A stretch of DNA of 56,595 nucleotides from Anaerolineae bacterium (GTDB taxonomy: Bacteria; Chloroflexota; Anaerolineae; Aggregatilineales; Phototrophicaceae): contig JAEURB010000422.1 of assembly GCA_016788435.1 (NCBI GenBank), positions 1 to 56,595 of the forward strand, given 5' to 3'. A program made the translations under genes and the position numbers. The notes below the pieces were generated by a model, which saw nothing but the letters and a program-made list of their open reading frames with translations, ran no database searches and had not been told where the DNA came from. How positions within the stretch are numbered: the stretch's first letter is position 1; each line of letters opens with the position of its first letter. Shown piece after piece: positions 17,080-26,014 of the stretch.

Positions 17080-19392
17080 CTACCACACGTCCATTCCGGA
17101 TCCGCTGCCGGCCCGTTCCGCAACCGGGGCTGGCTCCATAGACAGGCGGATGCGGCCGCGTTTTGCCCCCAGATGATCGCCCAGCTCACGCAGCGTGGTG
17201 GCCAGCATGTCGTTGACATCTACCGAGCGCTGGTAGCGGGCGCCGAGCGTGTTGACCAGCGCCTCCTGTTCGGCCGCGGCTTGCTTACTGGCCAGCGAGG
17301 CGCGGCTGTCGAGCGCCGCCGCGAACTGGTTGGCCATCTGCTGCAGCACCGCCACATCCGATTCGCTGTAGCTGCGCGGCAGGGCGCTGCCCATGCTGAT
17401 CACGCCACGCAGACCCGCGCCGCCGTTGAACGGAAAGAGGGCCATGCTGCGAATGCCAGTATCGCCGCGCGCCCGGCTGGCCGCGCCGTCCCGCGTGTCG
17501 GCAATCGTCAGCGGCGTTTGATTGGCCCACACCTGCCCGGCGTAGGTTCCGGCGATGGCGACCAGCGGCCCGCCCCTGATCTGCACGGCGGATGCGCCGT
17601 CCTGATAGCGGCCGGCCAGCCGCAGTTCGCGGTGTACGTCGTCGTAGAACAAAATGCCGATCCGGTCGGCGGGAACCAGTTCGCGCAGCGCGCCAATCGC
17701 GCCTTCCAGCACGCCCTCGATGGTTTCGCTGGACTGCACATCACGGGTGAAGCCGGCGATACGCTCCAGTTGGACGGCGCGGCGGCGGGCTTCCTGCACC
17801 AGGCGAATGTTCTGCAAGCCGGCCGATAATTCCACGCCGATAGTGCGTGCAATGGTCAGCATATCCGGCCCGTAGGGCAGGATTTCGCCGGCGCGGCTGA
17901 GGGCAGCCATGCCCACCAGCCGTTCATCCACGCTGTAAGGGATGAACAACTGGGCGTGAACACCGTCGCGCGCTAATGCGGCGCGTGCTGCTTCGGGGAC
18001 GCGCGGGTTCGATTGCGCGTCGTTGATCACGACCGGGCCATCGGACCCGGCCTGGCGCTGGCGAAGCGGCTCGGCCAGCAAGCTACGCGCCAGTTCCACC
18101 GTCGTATCAACCTGGCCGTGCGGCGGATATTCGCTGACAAGGCGGCCGTTCTCGCCACCGGCATCGAACAGATAGAAGGCGGCGCTGTCGCTGCGGGTAG
18201 TGCGCGTCACTTCCGCGCCAATCGAGTCGAAGAGCGAGCGCTCGTCTTCGCGCAGGCGGTAGATCGAGCTGGCCAGCGCCGACAGGGCTTCCACGGTGCT
18301 CAACTGGTGGCTCAGTTCCTCGGCGCGGTGGATATTCTCGAGCGTGCCGGATACCTGGGCGGCCATCGCCTGCGCGGTTTCAGCCACATCCTCGTCAAAC
18401 TCACGCTCGGCGGTGAAGAGATCCATACCGATGGAGGCGATGATGCGGCCGCCTTGCAGCACGGGGATGAACATGATGGACTTCAGGCCGAGCTGGTCGA
18501 ACATCGTGCGGGTGTCGGGCAGGAGGTGCTGGTTTTCCGCCACGTGATTGGCGATGACCGGCACGCCGCGCTGGGCACGCACCATCTCAAACAGTTCGTT
18601 ACCGGCCATCACCAGGCGCGAACCGAGGGCGCCAGACGATGGATATTCGGCGACGACCGTGCCGACCGCCTCGTCGGCATCGAGCAGAAGCACGCCGCCG
18701 TGATCGGCTTTGAGAAGCTGCACCATCTCGCGCACGGCGTATTCGTACAGCGACTGGCTGTCGGCGAACGTGCCGGCGCGCAGGGCGAGGCGCGTGACCG
18801 CGTCGAGCTGGCGGGTGTAGCGGTTGAGCCGGTGCTGGCCGGCGTCCAGCGATTCACGTGCCCGGCGCACAGCCAACTCGCGGGCCACCTGATCGAGCAG
18901 GATACGGAGCGCGCGCACGCGGGCCGGCTCGATGGAGAGCGGCGCGCTGCTGCTGAGGATGAGCGCGCCCAGCAGGCTGCCTTCGCTGACCATCGGCACG
19001 ATGACGAGGCCGGTGATGCGGCGGGCGCGCAGACGGTCGCGCTGATCAGGAAACAGGGCCGGATCGGCCAGCATATCGGGGATGATGATCGCGTCACGGT
19101 CGGCCAGCGTATCCCAGCCGGGATAGTCGCTGATGCGATCAGGGTAATCGGCGGAACGAACGGCACCCGATTCGGCTTCGGCGATGATTCGGGCGCGGGT
19201 GGGCGTAGCGGCATCAATCAACCCCAGGCGTGCCTGGCTGAAGCCTGGCCCGGCGAAGCGCAGCAGCGCGCGCAGCAGGTCAACCGGCTGGGGCGAATGT
19301 GCGATGGCAAGCGAGGCTTCAAGGTAGGCTTGCGCCCAACTGGTGGCCGGAGTGGCGGGCTGCGGGGACTGTGCGTCAGGCGATGGCTGCAT
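17080..19392 (-). CDS. Soluble protein with four GAF domains and a half-GAF tail
   Basis: Four GAF-like repeats and no TM or enzymatic domain; AGGAG RBS upstream. Confidence 0.85.
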   Translation of the reverse strand: MQPSPDAQSPQPATPATSWAQAYLEASLAIAHSPQPVDLLRALLRFAGPGFSQARLGLIDAATPTRARIIAEAESGAVRSADYPDRISDYPGWDTLADRDAIIIPDMLADPALFPDQRDRLRARRITGLVIVPMVSEGSLLGALILSSSAPLSIEPARVRALRILLDQVARELAVRRARESLDAGQHRLNRYTRQLDAVTRLALRAGTFADSQSLYEYAVREMVQLLKADHGGVLLLDADEAVGTVVAEYPSSGALGSRLVMAGNELFEMVRAQRGVPVIANHVAENQHLLPDTRTMFDQLGLKSIMFIPVLQGGRIIASIGMDLFTAEREFDEDVAETAQAMAAQVSGTLENIHRAEELSHQLSTVEALSALASSIYRLREDERSLFDSIGAEVTRTTRSDSAAFYLFDAGGENGRLVSEYPPHGQVDTTVELARSLLAEPLRQRQAGSDGPVVINDAQSNPRVPEAARAALARDGVHAQLFIPYSVDERLVGMAALSRAGEILPYGPDMLTIARTIGVELSAGLQNIRLVQEARRRAVQLERIAGFTRDVQSSETIEGVLEGAIGALRELVPADRIGILFYDDVHRELRLAGRYQDGASAVQIRGGPLVAIAGTYAGQVWANQTPLTIADTRDGAASRARGDTGIRSMALFPFNGGAGLRGVISMGSALPRSYSESDVAVLQQMANQFAAALDSRASLASKQAAAEQEALVNTLGARYQRSVDVNDMLATTLRELGDHLGAKRGRIRLSMEPAPVAERAGSGSGMDVW

Positions 19393-19407
19393 GGGGAAGG
19401 CTCCTGC

Positions 19408-19860
19408 CTATTTCCACTCCCACACCTCTTCGCCGGCCAGCAGCTTGCGGATCTGGTTCGGGAAGCGGTCAGGGTCAAGGGGCTTGCCAAGGAAACCGTT
19501 GAAGCCGGCTTTGCGCGCGCGGCGCATCTGATCTTCGCTGGCCTCGGCCGTGACCGCGCAGACGGCGGTACTGCGCAGGCGGGGGTTGGCGCGCAGCTTC
19601 TGCAGCGCCTGATAGCCGTCTTCGTAAGGCAGGCGAATATCCATCAGAATCAAATCTACACGGGGCAGCGTGTCGGCGAACTGAACGACCTGCCAGCCGC
19701 TGGTTTTCCATTCACAGCGCTGCACGCCCATGAAGGCGAGCATTCGCGCGATCAGCACGAAGTTCGGCACATTGTCTTCGACGACGAGGACGTGGGCTTC
19801 GCTGGGCTCGACAGGAGCGCGGGTTACAACACTGGGGGTGGCGTTCGGTGCGTCGTTCAT
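19408..19860 (-). CDS. Single-domain response regulator (DivK/CheY-like)
   Basis: VVEDN, LILMDIRLP, AVTA and GKP; ATGA overlap with the upstream gene. Confidence 0.9.
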   Translation of the reverse strand: MNDAPNATPSVVTRAPVEPSEAHVLVVEDNVPNFVLIARMLAFMGVQRCEWKTSGWQVVQFADTLPRVDLILMDIRLPYEDGYQALQKLRANPRLRSTAVCAVTAEASEDQMRRARKAGFNGFLGKPLDPDRFPNQIRKLLAGEEVWEWK

Positions 19861-20243
19861 GCGCCATTCCTGAGGTACGAAAGAATGTCCTGGGGGAAGC
19901 GGTCAATATCAATCGGCTTGCCGATGTATCCGCTGCAACCGGCGGCCAGCGTGCGCGTTTTATCGGCCTGCATCACATTGGCGGTGAGCGCGACAACGGG
20001 AATGTGCTGCGTTTCGGGGAAGGCGCGCAGCGTGCGCGTGGCAGTGAGGCCGTCCACTTCCGGCATGCTCAAGTCCATCAGGATCAAGTCCGGCTTCTGC
20101 TCACGGGCGATGCGAATGCCCTCCATGGCCGAGGCTGCTTCGAGCATTTCGAACGGATGATCGGAAGCGAGCAGGATGCGGCGCACGAGCACGCGATTGT
20201 CGCGATTGTCTTCGATATACAAAATGCGGTGCATCTTTACCAT
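19857..20243 (-). CDS. Single-domain response regulator, DivK-like
   Basis: ILYIEDN, LILMDLSMPEVDG, IPVVALTA and GYIGKPID; the start is approximate (20243 or 20234). Confidence 0.9.
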   Translation of the reverse strand: MVKMHRILYIEDNRDNRVLVRRILLASDHPFEMLEAASAMEGIRIAREQKPDLILMDLSMPEVDGLTATRTLRAFPETQHIPVVALTANVMQADKTRTLAAGCSGYIGKPIDIDRFPQDILSYLRNGA

Positions 20244-20478
20244 CCTGCCGCGCTGCCGATTCGCCTGCTGCCGCCCGGAAAAAGTTGTCAAAGCATTAAG
20301 CGCGCCCCACCTTGAGACGCATTATGTGCCCTGGTTGGATTATATAGCCGTGGTTTGCTGAGAATTGGTAAAGGATTCTTGGACAATCATTGAAACCCCG
20401 GCCCGGATTCCTGTATGCTGGACGCAGGCGGCCGTGTTCATTCAACCGGGCCGCGTTCATTTATGCAGGAGCAAGGCT

Positions 20479-20964
20479 ATGTCGAAGCAATATGCCACGC
20501 CGCCGGCCATGCAGATTGACCCCAAGAAGAAGTATGTGGCGCACTTCGAGACCAACCGGGGCGCGTTCGATGTTGAGCTGTTCGCCGCCGAAGCGCCGAA
20601 CACCGTCAACAACTTCGTGTTTCTGGCGCGTGACGGTTTCTACGACGGGCTGAAGTTTCACCGCGTCATCAGCAATTTCATGATTCAAGGCGGCGACCCG
20701 GAAGGGAGCGGGCGCGGCGGGCCGGGCTACAAGTGGAATGACGAGCCTTCTGCGCTGCGCCTGCGCCACGAAACCGGCTCGCTGAGCATGGCCAACGCCG
20801 GGCCGAACACCAACGGCAGCCAGTTCTTCATCACGCACGCGCCGCAGCCGCACCTGAACGGCAAGCACGCCGTGTTCGGCAAGGTGACGGGCGACGGGCA
20901 GAAGGTGGTGGACGCCATTCGCCAGGGTGACCAGATGGTGACCGTGACGATTGTCGAGGGCTGA
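20479..20964 (+). CDS. Cyclophilin-type peptidyl-prolyl cis-trans isomerase
   Basis: [33 protein letters not shown] and [10 protein letters not shown]; AGGAG RBS before ATG 20479. Confidence 0.95.
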   Translation: MSKQYATPPAMQIDPKKKYVAHFETNRGAFDVELFAAEAPNTVNNFVFLARDGFYDGLKFHRVISNFMIQGGDPEGSGRGGPGYKWNDEPSALRLRHETGSLSMANAGPNTNGSQFFITHAPQPHLNGKHAVFGKVTGDGQKVVDAIRQGDQMVTVTIVEG

Positions 20965-21020
20965 GGGCGAGTAGCGAGTTATGTACAGATAGCGAGTTAC
21001 GAGTAGCCAGCGATACAGCA

Positions 21021-21050
21021 AGCAAGGCGGCCCGGATGGGCCGCCTTGCT
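21021..21050. terminator. Hairpin between convergent genes
   Basis: Perfect 13-bp stem agcaaggcggccc / gggccgccttgct. Confidence 0.7.
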
Positions 21051-21072
21051 GTGCGCGTGGACGGGTTGGGGG

Positions 21073-21546
21073 CTACGCTGGCTTGAACAGATTCTTGAGC
21101 GGCTCGTCGCTGAAGAAGATGTACGCGCCAACGATGTAAATCACCGCGTAGAGAACGGTGAGCAGACTGAAGCCGCCGGTGAGCAGGCCGAGGAGCTGCC
21201 CGGCGAAGCCCAGGATCATGACGACGAAGGTCGCCATGCGGGCCCACGCGAAACGACGAAAGAGCGCAATGGCTGCGATGAGCGACAGGATGCCGACGAA
21301 GAGCAGCACCGCGCCGTAGATGACGAGCAGGCCGCCGGTCGCGCCGGCCGCAGCAGTAGCCGCCGCCCCTTCACTGGTGGTCGCTACACCGCTGACCGCG
21401 ACCGCGCCGGCAGTCGCGCCAAGCAGCCCGCCACCGAGCAGCGCCGCCGCGCCGGCGAACAATTGAAGGACGCCGAGGATGATGAGCAGGATTGCGATGA
21501 TCTTGACGAACTGCGCCCGATCCATATTGCCGAGAAGATTTGGCAT
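21073..21546 (-). CDS. Small multi-TM membrane protein
   Basis: AGGAGG RBS before ATG (MPNLLGNMDR..) and about 4 hydrophobic helices. The longer 526-aa ORF is an antisense extension. Confidence 0.75.
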   Translation of the reverse strand: MPNLLGNMDRAQFVKIIAILLIILGVLQLFAGAAALLGGGLLGATAGAVAVSGVATTSEGAAATAAAGATGGLLVIYGAVLLFVGILSLIAAIALFRRFAWARMATFVVMILGFAGQLLGLLTGGFSLLTVLYAVIYIVGAYIFFSDEPLKNLFKPA

Positions 21547-21843
21547 GGTGCCTCCTGTGCAACGCGCAACCAGCGGTACTGGATCCCCCAAGCGCCTGTA
21601 CCCGGGCGTTTGTGATTGATTTCTATTATAGTCAACCAACTTAATGCAAACAATTGAACTTGGGGCGGGAGGACCGGGGGCGTGACGCCGCCTGAACTTG
21701 TCAACGCCCTCTGCGACACAAGGCGGGTATAATGGATATGGAAACAGGCTGTGGAAGTGAAGCTTTCGACGAGCCTCTCTGTCTTCCGCAGCCCGTGACC
21801 GCAGATTTCCATTGGTATCAGAATCGTTCGCAGGAGAAAAAGC

Positions 21844-22500
21844 GTGGCAGACAACAAGTACAGCTTCATCGTCGTGAAATACCCGGACAAGGCGACTGGC
21901 GATTTGGCCCTGGCGGCCGTCGTGGGTCTCTCCAAGGAGAAGCTGGTCAAGCTTCGTGACGCGGTGGCTATCACCAAGACCGAGGCCGGCAAGATCAAGC
22001 TGCATCAGACGAAGGATGACAGCGCGAAGCAGGGTTTCCTCAAGGGCGGCCTGATCGGCATTTTGTTCGCCGTGCTGTTTGGCCCGGCCGGCTGGATTGT
22101 GGCGGGCGCGGCGCTCGGTACCGCCTTCAGCATGTTCGACCGCGGCATTAAGGACAAGCTGCTGAAGGAACTGGGCGAGAAGATGACCACCCAGGAATCG
22201 GGCCTGGCCGTGCTGGTTGAGCAAGCGGACTGGGACACGGTGATGCAGCGCATGAAGGCTCATAACTTCATGGGCCAGATCGTGATTCAGGAACTGATCC
22301 CCGAACACGCGACCGCGCTGGAGCAGTATCTGGACGCCCCGCCGACGACCGAGCCTGTGCCGGAAGAACTGGCCGTGGAACCGACCGTCGAGGCGATTGT
22401 GGGTGATGCCCCGGCGGCCAGCGAAGAAGCTGCGCCTGCTGCTGAAGAAGCGCCCGCTGCCGAAGAAGCCCCGGCTGAAGGCGAAGAGAAGACGGAATAG
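21844..22500 (+). CDS. DUF1269-like membrane protein with an acidic Ala/Glu/Pro tail
   Basis: L(R)DAVAITK..GKIKLHQT, GGLIGILF..GAALG and GIKDKLLKELG pattern; AGGAG RBS and GTG start. Confidence 0.75.
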   Translation: MADNKYSFIVVKYPDKATGDLALAAVVGLSKEKLVKLRDAVAITKTEAGKIKLHQTKDDSAKQGFLKGGLIGILFAVLFGPAGWIVAGAALGTAFSMFDRGIKDKLLKELGEKMTTQESGLAVLVEQADWDTVMQRMKAHNFMGQIVIQELIPEHATALEQYLDAPPTTEPVPEELAVEPTVEAIVGDAPAASEEAAPAAEEAPAAEEAPAEGEEKTE

Positions 22501-22518
22501 CACCCTGCAACGAATGCG

Positions 22519-22551
22519 AACCCCTGGCGACGAGCCGGGGGTTTTCTTTTT
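22519..22551 (+). terminator. Intrinsic terminator
   Basis: aacccctggc-gacga-gccgggggtt followed by ttcttttt. Confidence 0.75.
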
Positions 22552-22603
22552 GGGGACACGTTGTGAGGGGCAGGAGAAAAGCTGTGAACGACCGTGAAAA
22601 ATG

Positions 22604-22665
22604 AACCACAGAGCCACGGACGACACAAAGAAACCCCTCTCTGCGTCCTCCATGGCTCTGTGGTG
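22604..22665. repeat. ACCACAGAG..CTCTGTGGT palindromic element
   Basis: aaccacagagccacgga ... tccatggctctgtggt inverted repeat; a related partial copy lies at 42776-42830. Confidence 0.6.
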
Positions 22666-22676
22666 ATTCTGTTTCC

Positions 22677-25292
22677 CTACTCCACCACTTCGCCCACGGC
22701 CGCGCTGAAAATGAGCGCTTCCTCGCCATCCACCTCGCCCACATCCACCGTCACGTGGTCGCCTTCGCGGACATGGCCTTCGAGGATTTGCATCGCCAGC
22801 GGGTCTTGCAGGTCGCGCTGGATGATGCGCTTGAGCGGCCGCGCGCCGTAAACCGGGTCGTAGCCACGGTCGGCCAGCAGTTCACTCGCCGCATCGGTCA
22901 GGCTGATGGTGATGCGGCGGCCGGTGAGCAGACGCTGCAGGCGGCGCAGTTGAATCTCGACGATGCGGCTCAGGTCTTCGCGGTTCAACTGCTGGAAGAT
23001 GATGATGTCGTCCAGGCGGTTGAGGAACTCGGGCCGGAAGACGCGGTCGAGCGCGCCGTTAAGGGCGGTTCGCATCTGCTTGCGGTCGCTGATATCGGCC
23101 ATCTGCTTGATCAGGTCGCTGCCGACATTGCTGGTCATGATGAGGATGGTGTTGGTGAAGATCACCGTCCGGCCCTGCCCGTCGGTGAGACGGCCGTCAT
23201 CGAAGACCTGCAGAAAGACGTTGAAGACTTCCGGGTGCGCCTTCTCAACCTCGTCGAGCAGCACAACCGAATACGGGCGGCGGCGCACGGCCTCGGTCAA
23301 TTGGCCACCTTCCTCGTAGCCAACGTAGCCGGGCGGCGCGCCAATCAGGCGGGCGACGGCGTGGCGTTCGCCGTACTCGCTCATGTCAATGCGCACCATC
23401 GCGTTCTCGTCGTCGAACAGGTACTCGGCCAGCGAGCGCGCCAGTTCGGTTTTGCCGACGCCGGTGGGGCCGAGGAACAGGAACACGCCAATCGGACGGT
23501 TCGGGTCCTGCAGGCCGGCGCGGCTGCGGCGCACCGCGTTGGAGACGGCGGCCACGGCGTCATCCTGCCCGATGACGCGCTCGTGCAGGCGGTCTTCCAT
23601 CTTGAGCAGCTTCTCAATTTCGCCTTCGAGCAGGCGCGAAACCGGGATGCCCGTCCAGCGGCTGACGACCTCGGCGATGCCGTCGGCGTCCACTTCCTCG
23701 CGCAGCATTAACTCGCCTTGCTTGCGCATGTCTTTGAGCGCGGCTTCCGCCTGCTTCAACTGGCCTTCGAGTTCGGGCAGCGTGCCATAGCGCAGGCGGG
23801 CGGCGGCTTCGAGATCGGCGCGGCGCTCGGCCTGCTCCAGTTCGATTTTGGCCTCGTCAATTTTCGTCTTGGCGCTGCGAATCTGTTCGATGGCGTCCTT
23901 CTCGCGCTGCCAGCGGGCGGTGAGGGCGTTGGCCTCCTCGCGCAGGTTGGCCAGCTCGTCCTCCAGTTCATCGAGGCGATGGCGTGAGGCGTCGTCACGT
24001 TCTTTTTTGAGCGCCTCGCGCTCGATTTCGAGCTGCATGAGCTGGCGGTCAACCGTGTCGAGAGCGGCGGGCTTGCTGTCAATTTCCATCTTCAGACGGG
24101 CGGCGGCCTCGTCAATCAGGTCAATCGCCTTGTCGGGAAGCTGGCGGTCGGGGATATAGCGCGCGCTGAGGGTGGCGGCGGCGATCACGGCGCTGTCCTG
24201 GATACGGACGCCATGATGCACTTCGTAGCGTTCCTTCAGGCCGCGCAAAATCGAAATCGTGTCCTCGACGCTTGGCTCGCCCACGAACACGGGTTGGAAG
24301 CGGCGCTCGAGCGCGGCGTCCTTTTCGATGTATTTGCGATATTCGTCGAGCGTAGTCGCGCCGATGGCCCGCAGTTCGCCGCGCGCCAGCATCGGCTTGA
24401 GCATGTTCGAGGCGTCAATCGCGCCTTCGGCCGCGCCCGCCCCAACGATGGTGTGCAGTTCATCGAGGAACATGACGATGCGGCCGTCGCTTTCCGAGAC
24501 TTCCTTGAGGACGGCCTTCAGGCGTTCCTCGAACTCGCCCCGGAACTTCGCGCCGGCCAGCAGGCTGCCCATTTCGAGCGAGATGATGATCTTGTCGCGC
24601 AGGCCTTCGGGCACGTCGCCGTTGACGATACGCTGGGCCAGGCCTTCGACGATGGCCGTTTTGCCGACGCCCGCCTCGCCGATGAGGACGGGGTTGTTCT
24701 TGGTGCGGCGGCTGAGGACCTGAATCACACGGCGGATTTCCTCGTCGCGGCCGACGACGGGGTCGAGTTCACCGCGCCGGGCGATGGCGGTGAGGTCGCG
24801 CCCATACTTTTCGAGGCTCTGGAACGTATCTTCCGGCTCCTGCGAGGTGATGCGCTGCCCTCCGCGAATAGTGGTCAGCGCCTGCAGGATGGCGTCTTTG
24901 GTCACGCCGTAGCGTTCGAGCACGCCGCGAACGCTCGAATCTTCGGCGGCGGCCAGCAGAATGTGCTCGGTGCTGGTGTAGTCGTCCTTCATGCCGGCCG
25001 CGATTTTCTCGGCCTGGGTAAGCATGGCCATGGTGGCACGGCTCATACTGGGCGCGGCGTTGCTGCCGTAAGTACGCGGCCGGTTCTGGATCATGGCGGT
25101 CAGTTCGGCGGCCAGCGCCTGCGGGCGCGCGCCGATCTTGGCGATGATCTCCGGCACGACGCCGTCTTTCTGGCCGGCCAGCGCGCTGAGGATATGCACG
25201 GGTTCCAACTGCGAATGGCCGAATTCGGTGGCGATTTGCTGGGCCTTCAGCAGCGCTTCCTGCGCCTTGTTGGTGTATTGGTCAAGATTCAT
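22677..25292 (-). CDS. clpB: ATP-dependent chaperone ClpB
   Basis: Two AAA+ modules ([16 protein letters not shown]), a coiled-coil middle domain and [13 protein letters not shown]; 871 aa. Confidence 0.97.
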   Translation of the reverse strand: MNLDQYTNKAQEALLKAQQIATEFGHSQLEPVHILSALAGQKDGVVPEIIAKIGARPQALAAELTAMIQNRPRTYGSNAAPSMSRATMAMLTQAEKIAAGMKDDYTSTEHILLAAAEDSSVRGVLERYGVTKDAILQALTTIRGGQRITSQEPEDTFQSLEKYGRDLTAIARRGELDPVVGRDEEIRRVIQVLSRRTKNNPVLIGEAGVGKTAIVEGLAQRIVNGDVPEGLRDKIIISLEMGSLLAGAKFRGEFEERLKAVLKEVSESDGRIVMFLDELHTIVGAGAAEGAIDASNMLKPMLARGELRAIGATTLDEYRKYIEKDAALERRFQPVFVGEPSVEDTISILRGLKERYEVHHGVRIQDSAVIAAATLSARYIPDRQLPDKAIDLIDEAAARLKMEIDSKPAALDTVDRQLMQLEIEREALKKERDDASRHRLDELEDELANLREEANALTARWQREKDAIEQIRSAKTKIDEAKIELEQAERRADLEAAARLRYGTLPELEGQLKQAEAALKDMRKQGELMLREEVDADGIAEVVSRWTGIPVSRLLEGEIEKLLKMEDRLHERVIGQDDAVAAVSNAVRRSRAGLQDPNRPIGVFLFLGPTGVGKTELARSLAEYLFDDENAMVRIDMSEYGERHAVARLIGAPPGYVGYEEGGQLTEAVRRRPYSVVLLDEVEKAHPEVFNVFLQVFDDGRLTDGQGRTVIFTNTILIMTSNVGSDLIKQMADISDRKQMRTALNGALDRVFRPEFLNRLDDIIIFQQLNREDLSRIVEIQLRRLQRLLTGRRITISLTDAASELLADRGYDPVYGARPLKRIIQRDLQDPLAMQILEGHVREGDHVTVDVGEVDGEEALIFSAAVGEVVE

Positions 25293-25443
25293 AGACAGGA
25301 GACTCCTCTACCTGTTGAGATTGTCTCCATCGTATGACAAGCGCGTAAGAAACGCGAAAGCGAAGCATCGGAGGGGTGAAAAAGGGCGGGGGATCTTCCC
25401 TCGCCCTCTGACTACGCCTCAAGTATTTGCGGCACATCGGGAC

Positions 25444-25887
25444 CTAGGCATTCCCTGCGGTGTACTCAGCATCCAGCAACTGCAGGCGGCCGGCCATGCA
25501 GGCGTAGAACTGCTGCTTCAGGCGCTGATGATCGTCTGACGCGGTATCCAGAACAGCCTCGAACACCAGCGGCTCGCTGCTGGTTGCCTGAATCGTCAAG
25601 CCTTCGGGCAGGCCGGAAAATGCGTGTTCTTCACCTGCAGCAAGCTCAACGCTGCCCCCGGTGTGGATGAGTGAAGCACCGCCGGACAGAATGCGGACGC
25701 CAATATCCGGTGAGTTGAACAGGATCGCATTGCCGCGGGTGAGGGTCAGACGGTGACGCGCCTGAACGGGAGCGGCCGGGAGAGGGGCTTCCGTTCGCGC
25801 CGTGGATGATAGAGTGCGCTGCGCCGGATGGTCTGCCGGGATACGAACGGCTTGGCGCGGATTCCTGAAGAGCGAGACGATGAGCAT
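25444..25887 (-). CDS. Hypothetical protein, possibly a beta-barrel (cupin-like) fold
   Basis: GGAG RBS before ATG 25887; lies immediately downstream of the LuxR/STAND gene. Confidence 0.5.
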   Translation of the reverse strand: MLIVSLFRNPRQAVRIPADHPAQRTLSSTARTEAPLPAAPVQARHRLTLTRGNAILFNSPDIGVRILSGGASLIHTGGSVELAAGEEHAFSGLPEGLTIQATSSEPLVFEAVLDTASDDHQRLKQQFYACMAGRLQLLDAEYTAGNA

Positions 25888-25945
25888 GAGATTATCTCCG
25901 TACTGCTGGAACTCGACCGTTGAGTGACAGCATACGGAGGACGCC

Positions 25946-26008
25946 GGTGAAGGGTCTTCCACCTCCGAGGGTGAAAGTGTCTGCGCCGGGGGTGAAGAGC
26001 GGGGTGGA
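25946..26008. promoter_or_regulatory. Candidate operator array GGTGRA
   Basis: GGTGAA at 25946, 25970 and 25991, GGTGGA at 26003; near-palindrome TCCACC-N6-GGTGAA at 25958-25975. Confidence 0.4.
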
Positions 26009-26014
26009 ATTACC

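Noticed and set aside
21547-22653. N-terminal extension giving a 526-aa minus-strand ORF
   Set aside because: It overlaps the DUF1269-like gene in antisense; the real start is most likely ATG 21546, which has an AGGAGG RBS.
25293-25443. CIRCE or HAIR heat-shock operator upstream of clpB
   Set aside because: Only a CTTGAG half-site is visible; there is no convincing inverted repeat.
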